Positions 59,501 through 64,000 of a stretch of 64,000 nt of DNA are shown in pieces. Origin of the DNA: Gammaproteobacteria bacterium. GTDB lineage: Bacteria > Pseudomonadota > Gammaproteobacteria > Steroidobacterales > Steroidobacteraceae. The notes beneath the pieces are model-generated. The model had not been told where the DNA came from. It did not search any database and was given only the letters and a program-made list of their open reading frames with translations. The stretch lies in contig VGVB01000008.1 of the NCBI GenBank assembly GCA_016882265.1, positions 5,862 through 69,861 of the forward strand. Reading direction: 5' to 3'. Made by a program: the position numbers and the translations under genes. The stretch's first letter is position 1. Each line of letters starts with the position of its first letter.

Positions 59501-62316
59501 GGGAGAATCCCGACGAGGGCTACGACACGGTCCATGTCGCCGCCTTCGCCTACACACTGCCGGCCAATGTCGAGGCGGCCATCTTCCACGACGTGCCCGG
59601 AACGTACTCCGGCAGCTTCACGCAACTGCAACTGACCGGCAATGCGCTCGACAATCTGATCGACGCGCGTGAGGCCGACCGCCAGCTCACCGCGCGCTTC
59701 GTCATCGACGGCGGCGCCGGGGCCGACACGATGTACGCGGTCAACGGTGGCGTGAACCGGATCCTCGTCGACCACAGCGGCGATGCGGTGATCGGTGCAG
59801 ACGCCGACGACACGATCGTCGCCAGCATCGATTACCTGCTGCCCGCCGGCGCCGGTCAGCTCGAGCTGCGTGGTGCAGCGGACATCGCCGGCACGGGCAA
59901 CGCACTGGCCAACCGGCTGGATGGTTCCACCAGCACCGGGGCCAACCGCCTGACCGGCGGCGCCGGCGATGACGTCTATCTCCTGGGTGCCGGCGATACG
60001 GTGGTCGAGCAACCCGGCGGCGGCAACGACACGGTGCAGGTGGCTTTCGTCGGAGCCGCGGGCCATGCACATTCGCTGGCGGATTACGCTGAGGTCGAAA
60101 ACCTGACGGCGACCGCCGCCGCCGGTGCGGCGTCGCTCGGTGGCTCGGCCGCCGACAACGTGCTGACCGGCAATGCCGCCGACAACATTCTCGACGGTGG
60201 CGCCGGCAACGACACGCTGGTCGGGCAGGCCGGCAATGACTGCTACGCGGGGTTCGGCATCGCGAGCGGGCATGACCGGATCGTGGACAGTGGCGGCACG
60301 GACAGTCTGGTGATGGATCCGCTGACCGTTGCTCAGGTCAGTCAACTGAGTTTCAGCCGCAGCGCCGCTGACCTGCTGATTGCCGCAGGTACGGATGGCT
60401 CGGTTCGGATCGAGGGCTGGTTCGCCGATCCGGACGGCAGCAATGCGATCGAGTCGCTGGTGGTGCGCAGGGACGGAATGACCTGGGCCTACACCGCGGC
60501 ACAGATCGAGGCGCGGGTGAGTGGTGACAACGGCGCGCCGGCGCGCAACGCTCCGCTCGCCGATCAGGCGCTCGACACTGGCGTCACCTGGTCGCTGCAG
60601 CTCCCGGCCAACCAGTTCAGCGACATCGAGTCGCAGGACGCTCTGCGCTGGAGCGCGACGCTGGCGGACGGATCGCCGCTGCCGCCGTGGCTATCGTTCG
60701 ATCCGCAGAACCGGATGCTCGGCGGCATTGCCGGCGCCGCCGACCGCGGCATCGTCGAAATCCGCGTCACGGTAACGGACCAGGGCGGGCTCAGTGCGAC
60801 TGACGACTTCCTGCTGGACGTCGGTCGGGTCGGCAGCTTCGGGACGGACGGGGACGACGTCCTGAGCGGCACCGATGGCATCGACTGGATCGATGGCCTT
60901 GCCGGTGACGACGTGCTCACCGGCGGTGCTGGCGCCGACCGGTTGTCCGGCGGCACCGGCAGCGACCGCTATGTCTTCGCTGCCGGCAGCGGCGCGGACA
61001 CCGTGATCGAAGCAGGCGGCTGGGACCGCATCGAGTTCACCGCCGCATCCGGGATCGAACTCGCGGATCTAGCGGCGACTCGTGCGGGCGACGATCTGCA
61101 CCTCGACTTCGCCGGCGGCAGCCTGACCTTGCTCGGGCAGTTCGCCGATTCCGGCCAACGGATCGACGAAGTCGTGACCTGGGCCGGCGGTCTGCCGTGG
61201 AGCTGGTCGTCGGCACAGATCGAGGCCCTCGCAACCGGGCAGAACACGGCGCCGTACGCCGCGACGCCGCCCGACCACCGGGCGACCCGCGCCAACGTGA
61301 GCTGGACGTACTCGTTGCCGGCCAACCTGTTTGCGGACACGCAATCGCAGGATCAGCTGGTTCTCAGCGCGAGGCTGACGGGCGGCGCTCCGTTGCCGTC
61401 CTGGCTCTCGTTCAATCCGGCGAGCCGCAGCTTCAGCGGCAAAGCGCCGAAGAACATGAGCGCCGACTTCGGCATCGAAGTGCTGGCGACCGACCCGGCC
61501 GGACTGTCGGCGGCGACGACGTTCACGCTGCACGTCCGCCGCAGTCTCGCCAACTGGAGCGGCACGGCGGCTGCGGATGCAGTGGCCGGAACCACCGGCG
61601 CCGACTATCAGCTCGGGCTGGCTGGCGACGATCTGCTGCACGGCAACGCCGGCGATGACATCCAGGATGGCGGGGAGGGCGCCGATGTGCTGCGCGGGCA
61701 GGCGGGGAACGACATCGGCTACGGTGGTCCCGGCAATGACCTCCTGGAGGGCGGCGACGGCAGCGACACGCTGAGCGGCGATGCCGGTCGCGACATCCTG
61801 AGCGGTGGCCCCGGCAGCGACCTGTTGCGCGGCGGCGCCGGCGCCGACGTCTACCGCTTCGCTGCTGGCGACGGCGCGGACCACATCGACAACACGACGG
61901 TCGACCTCGAACCGGACCTGCTCGAGTTCACCAGCCTGAACCGGGCGCAGCTTTCCTTCAGCCGCTCCGGCGCCGACCTGCTGATCGCGCGCCCGGGTAC
62001 CGCGGACAGCGTACGCGTCGCAAGCTGGTTCTCCGCGCCGGGCAACCGCCTCGACGAAATCGTGACCGCCGACGGCTTACGGACCAGTGCCGACGAGATC
62101 GACACGCTGATCGCGGGCGGCGGAGCGGTGTTCGGCGGTGCGGCAGACGCGCCGGTGGCGGAGGATCAGACTCTGCGGCTGCTCGTCCAGTCGATCGCAT
62201 CGTTCAGTGCCCCGGACGTGGCGGAGGCGCCGGCCAACGAAGACCCGCGGTGGCAGCGGTGGTTCGACGCGGCGATCTTCAGTCCGCGGAGCGAGGCCGT
62301 GTTCCATCTGCGGTGA
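53545..62316 (+). CDS. Giant RTX calcium-binding protein with N-terminal lipase-like domain and three cadherin-like/Ig domains
   Basis: GGAGG SD; IAYAGT and FTGHSLGGGLA; dozens of GGxGxDxL repeats; three LPxWLSFdP modules; C-terminal LLVQSIASF T1SS-type tail; no signal peptide. Confidence 0.93.
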   Translation: MVTNEEYAAMSAAVYGAAPGNRLVVEGWTADEVGLPPWLFLGFKYGIYTRGTGSEREIVIAYAGTDRGFNPDLLSGFFGVSGQPLPSQLTQAAVVYAMVRRDFPGVPAENISFTGHSLGGGLASVMAVWFDHPATVFAPAPFEYSAQGSAAEWTADLARFALLITPGLQNADDLLVFDPDRDFAAREANVTSLSITGEVLERFLSWLPTIEGTAHEIDLGDSPLSPFQRHGIDLHAATIMDEDFRRALAGLPAAGPLLFDESLYAASIDDDQRRDFLRMLLQRHADGALHGFALDLQALGGTGRPEALTEGLVAAVMDRYMLAPAGEVAPVATPVAGGVHLALPASDAPGGQRLASALAEQMEGDDRYAVLEWLPSTTDWYVASDGATPLQLIAGSRNDVLIGSPVGDSLDGGAGRDLLWGGSGDDQLAGGDDDDLLIGGSGADVLDGAAGNDCLSGGPGDDRLIAGPGLDILDGGVGTDTYVVTDGYGNAAAIHDADGLGSIQVLGTAGTQVLSGDLTPIPGTAGAWLSTAGDRWSLAGPNLDIRLVGGGRIQVADFESGELGFELPGPAVAQPPGPPAGAALYFADGDGPHNGLVWGGWYQTWYESPALRDAALIGAEDIDISAAPPAEGLISIGAYGGVGDSRISGGPWNDYLFDDRYYDGTRWVNVIGIAGRDTLIGNGGDDWLEASAGDDVLFGGDGNDILLDSGRGSEDAGFGDVSWVRIPGNSSNDRLYGEGGDDVLSGEAGDGFFDGGDGADELYGGPDDDLLFGGPGNDVLGGDSRLDAPLGTNLLNVGLDPVHSFSGQWIEDVDHPGRDLLEGGDGDDILLGGGGDDLLGGGAGNDRLQGDTLFVPAGTRALQANHGTTPIALHGNDLLSGDAGADTLYGGGGDDRLDGDDDDDVLFGDDHPGRTGSPALADPGNDLLDGGTGNDSLYGNGGNDRLVGGAGDDELYAGRGDDRLDGGAGADYLVGDDVSDDDPLNAGRDILHGGDDADLLFGLGGDDRLYGDAGDDQLVGGAGNDLLEGGEGDDWLFGEEGNDTLRGGPGQDQLQGGDGDDVLEAGTGDLLAGGDRLFGDGGNDRFELNAGAGNVQISDTAGDNQLVFGAGVEPEQVRVSMSNGIVFVDYSATDYAFMDTPTFEHLAALGFADGSALAAAQLRERFAPGAVVDGQLALAEGVTAAEVGCFRRGDDLLLTYAGDVADWCNVSTLGPRNILFERRDGSELGLDAGTQILVLTNWYRAEPSTYLREFGDWQGFRQDFTAAAAAADRLVAGGAGPDFLIGSAGTDLLVGGGAADTLDAGAGDDRLAGGTGDDILSGGAGDDLYTISTGDGLDVIVDAAGAQDVVRFGAGIAAAALTVTESPAGLVVRIGPEDAGNALLLADWSLGSERSIDRFDFTDGTSLDRDQVDALNTGNHSPRMVAAVAEQLAGVGQPFNWTVPPDVFADQDAGDSLSWSAGNADGAALPGWLSFDPATRRFTGTPRAGDAGTVPVRLQVTDTGGLSSNLDLTIRVTAAIVVTGTMGGDTLSAASGADHELYGLAGNDVLTGNAGDDRLVGGAGNDRLDGAGGDDTYLYQRGDGSDTIAHNDPSVNKLDTLLFGSGILPEDLVFGSEPDGDLVIRVRNADGSLAAEPAITVAGGLVGESSARRIDRITWSDDPAVLGLADIERLAMVPTEGDDYLRGSSAADDSLDGRGGDDVLLGLGGADLLHGQDGSDFLQGGDGDDLLEGGAGRDQLNGEAGNDTCRFGRGQGYDEIIDSAGSNRIELDTGIAAGNVTLYRTSSVGTLSSSQEATTFDDLVLVLDGGREQIRVEGFYNGQVQRPLDEIAFADGSRWLGPDIDARVVNLGGAANTQTGRSRNDTFTVDHPDDVIVENAGGGFDTVNSRVTWTLPANVENLTLTGPFHIDGYGNADGNTLTGNALDNTLQGFGGTDTLYGGAGNDTFPFMDDGAWDRLYGGAGDDVYYIGTESVNPFTTPNDEVWENPDEGYDTVHVAAFAYTLPANVEAAIFHDVPGTYSGSFTQLQLTGNALDNLIDAREADRQLTARFVIDGGAGADTMYAVNGGVNRILVDHSGDAVIGADADDTIVASIDYLLPAGAGQLELRGAADIAGTGNALANRLDGSTSTGANRLTGGAGDDVYLLGAGDTVVEQPGGGNDTVQVAFVGAAGHAHSLADYAEVENLTATAAAGAASLGGSAADNVLTGNAADNILDGGAGNDTLVGQAGNDCYAGFGIASGHDRIVDSGGTDSLVMDPLTVAQVSQLSFSRSAADLLIAAGTDGSVRIEGWFADPDGSNAIESLVVRRDGMTWAYTAAQIEARVSGDNGAPARNAPLADQALDTGVTWSLQLPANQFSDIESQDALRWSATLADGSPLPPWLSFDPQNRMLGGIAGAADRGIVEIRVTVTDQGGLSATDDFLLDVGRVGSFGTDGDDVLSGTDGIDWIDGLAGDDVLTGGAGADRLSGGTGSDRYVFAAGSGADTVIEAGGWDRIEFTAASGIELADLAATRAGDDLHLDFAGGSLTLLGQFADSGQRIDEVVTWAGGLPWSWSSAQIEALATGQNTAPYAATPPDHRATRANVSWTYSLPANLFADTQSQDQLVLSARLTGGAPLPSWLSFNPASRSFSGKAPKNMSADFGIEVLATDPAGLSAATTFTLHVRRSLANWSGTAAADAVAGTTGADYQLGLAGDDLLHGNAGDDIQDGGEGADVLRGQAGNDIGYGGPGNDLLEGGDGSDTLSGDAGRDILSGGPGSDLLRGGAGADVYRFAAGDGADHIDNTTVDLEPDLLEFTSLNRAQLSFSRSGADLLIARPGTADSVRVASWFSAPGNRLDEIVTADGLRTSADEIDTLIAGGGAVFGGAADAPVAEDQTLRLLVQSIASFSAPDVAEAPANEDPRWQRWFDAAIFSPRSEAVFHLR

Positions 62317-63649
62317 CAGTCGCCTGGAGCACCCGGGCCCGCAGCCGCCCGCGCGCGAGCCGGGCCTCGATCTCGCTGCCGGGCGGGGCCTCGGCCGGAT
62401 CCCGGACCACAACGCCGTCGGCAGCCCGGCTGACGATCGCGTAGCCGCGCTCGAGTGTCGCCAGTGGACTGAAGGCCTGCAGCGCGGCGGCGCCGGCCTG
62501 CAATCGGCCGCGCCGTTCGACGAGACCGTGGCGGAGCGCGGCGTCCAGCCGGGCCCGGGCGTGATCGGCGGTCTGCAGCAACCGGCCGATGCGAGCCGCC
62601 GGCGTGCGACCGGCCAGCCCGGCCCGCAGCGCAGCCAGTCGCTGCCCGCGCAGGACCAGCCCGGCGCGGGCAGCCTGCGCCATCCGTCCCTGCAGCTCGT
62701 CAAGGCGCTGCATGCGCTGGGCGACCAGCGTGGCCGGGTGCAGGCGGACGAGCAGGCGCCCGCTGCGCCGCAGCGCCTCCGTGCGGGCGGCCAGCGTGCG
62801 CCGCAGCGCAAGGTTGAGCCGGCGCAGCGAGACCTCCAGCTCGCGGCTCCAGGCGGTGGCGTCCGGCACGACGAGTTCGGCGGCCGCCGATGGCGTCGGC
62901 GCGCGCAGGTCGGCGGCGAAGTCGGCAATCGTGAAGTCGATCTCGTGGCCGACCCCGACCACGACCGGCACCGGCGCGGCGACGATCGCGCGGGCGACGG
63001 CTTCCTCGTTGAAGGCCCACAGGTCCTCGAGCGAGCCGCCGCCGCGGACCAGCAGCAGCACGTCGGCGCCGGCGTTCCGGCCGGCAAACTCCAGCATCGC
63101 GGCGATCTGCGCGCCGGCCCCGGCGCCCTGCACCGGCACCGGGCAGAGCACGACCGGAACGGCCGGAAAGCGCCGCCGCAGCACCTGCAGCACATCGTGC
63201 AGGGCCGCGCCGTGCGGCGAGGTGACGACGCCGATCCGTCGCGGCAGCCGCGGCAGCGGGCGCTTGCGCGCCGCGTCGAACAGACCCTCGGCGGCCAGGC
63301 GCTGCTTCAGCAGCTCGAAGCGGCGGCGCAGCTCGCCCTCGCCGGCCTCCTCGAGGTGGTCCACGATGAGCTGGAAGTCGCCGCGCGGCTCGTACAGGCC
63401 GACCCGGGCGCGCAGCAGCACCTGCATGCCGTCCCGGGGCACGGTTCGGGCGAGCTGGTTGCGCTGCCGGAACATCGCGCAGCGCACCTGCGCGCCCTCA
63501 TCCTTCAGCGTGAAGTACCAGTGTCCGGAGGCCGGGCGCGAGAAGTTCGACAGCTCGCCCTCGATCCACAGCGACGGCAGCCCGCCCTCCAGCAGTGCCC
63601 GTGCCTCGCGGTTCAGCCGCGAGACGGTATAGATGTCGCGCTCGCCCAT
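62279..63649 (-). CDS. xseA: Exodeoxyribonuclease VII large subunit
   Basis: WIEGELSNF..PASGHWYFTLKD, RGGGSLEDLWAFN, GHEIDFTIADFAADLRAPTPSAAAE, SPLATLERGY. Confidence 0.97.
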   Translation of the reverse strand: MGERDIYTVSRLNREARALLEGGLPSLWIEGELSNFSRPASGHWYFTLKDEGAQVRCAMFRQRNQLARTVPRDGMQVLLRARVGLYEPRGDFQLIVDHLEEAGEGELRRRFELLKQRLAAEGLFDAARKRPLPRLPRRIGVVTSPHGAALHDVLQVLRRRFPAVPVVLCPVPVQGAGAGAQIAAMLEFAGRNAGADVLLLVRGGGSLEDLWAFNEEAVARAIVAAPVPVVVGVGHEIDFTIADFAADLRAPTPSAAAELVVPDATAWSRELEVSLRRLNLALRRTLAARTEALRRSGRLLVRLHPATLVAQRMQRLDELQGRMAQAARAGLVLRGQRLAALRAGLAGRTPAARIGRLLQTADHARARLDAALRHGLVERRGRLQAGAAALQAFSPLATLERGYAIVSRAADGVVVRDPAEAPPGSEIEARLARGRLRARVLQATVTADGTRPRSAD

Positions 63650-63763
63650 GCGCCATGTTAGTGCCGGTGTCGCATTCCCTGCCACCGCATTACGCGGCGC
63701 GGACGAGACTCGAGCCTGACGCAGGTGATGGCGGCGCCGGGAACCATCGCTCGCTGCAGCAGG

Positions 63764-63845
63764 GCGGGCTGGGGACTGGGACACTCGCTCGCTCGCGCGG
63801 CCAGAACTTACGCGCTCGCTCGCGCCGCCCCAGCCCCCAGCCCGC
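63764..63845. repeat. Stem-loop with internal direct repeats in the xseA-guaB spacer
   Basis: GCGGGCTGGGGACTGGG pairs with CCCAGCCCCCAGCCCGC (1 mismatch) and encloses two GCTCGCTCGCGC copies. Confidence 0.6.
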
Positions 63846-63933
63846 TGCGATGCCAAGGGACCGCGAGCGACTGCTGCCGGCTCCCCGTCCCGGTGGCGAG
63901 TGCCGCGATGCCGCCCGGAACACCGGCACCCGG

Positions 63934-63939
63934 TATAAT
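63934..63939 (+). promoter_or_regulatory. -10 box TATAAT, 5 nt before the guaB ATG
   Basis: TATAAT-GCCGC-ATG with no SD. Confidence 0.6.
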
Positions 63940-63944
63940 GCCGC

Positions 63945-64000
63945 ATGCGCATAGCCCAGGAAGCACTGACCTTCGATGACGTCCTGCTGGTGCCCGCGTA
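63945..64000 (+). CDS. guaB: IMP dehydrogenase N-terminus (3'-truncated; not in the ORF track)
   Basis: Translates to MRIAQEALTFDDVLLVPA; divergent from xseA. Confidence 0.93.
   Translation, partial: MRIAQEALTFDDVLLVPA

Noticed and set aside
54700..61900. RTX nonapeptide repeats as a CRISPR array or DNA tandem repeat
   Set aside because: The repeats are degenerate, codon-level and in frame; no constant repeat-spacer pattern and no cas genes.
53545..62316. Pore-forming HlyA-type toxin, FrpC-type self-processing module or LapA-type retention adhesin
   Set aside because: No hlyC, no hydrophobic pore domain, no DPLALDLDGDG-like motif and no N-terminal retention module were recognised.

Overview
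GC-rich bacterial chromosome segment. The gene order (xerD-dsbC; queA-tgt-yajC-secDF; suhB; iscS-iscA-ndk-rlmN-pilW-hisS-yfgM-bamB-der; xseA-guaB) points to a gammaproteobacterium (inference). Contents in order: gltBD (gltB 5'-truncated); a ~20 kb branched-chain acyl-CoA catabolic region (acetoacetate-CoA ligase, ETF-QO, two SDRs, liuABCD-like genes, thiolase, icmF, GntR and TetR regulators) with an exported M16 peptidase pair; housekeeping genes; tRNA-Leu(CAA) followed by an ECF sigma / anti-sigma / PDZ cassette; and a ~13 kb accessory type I secretion locus between der and xseA. The locus reads hlyB, hlyD, a small membrane protein, and a 2923-aa RTX protein with an N-terminal GHSLG lipase domain. 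It is the best candidate for an undescribed system: a T1SS-delivered lipase toxin with an upstream immunity gene. Other signals: a family of nested GGGGAC..(G/T)TCCC palindromes that form long perfect hairpins and overlap coding sequence, several apparently leaderless genes, a single-Cys IscU-like protein, an anti-SD hairpin ahead of hlyB, and a structured xseA-guaB spacer. All calls come from reading motifs by eye; no searches were run.
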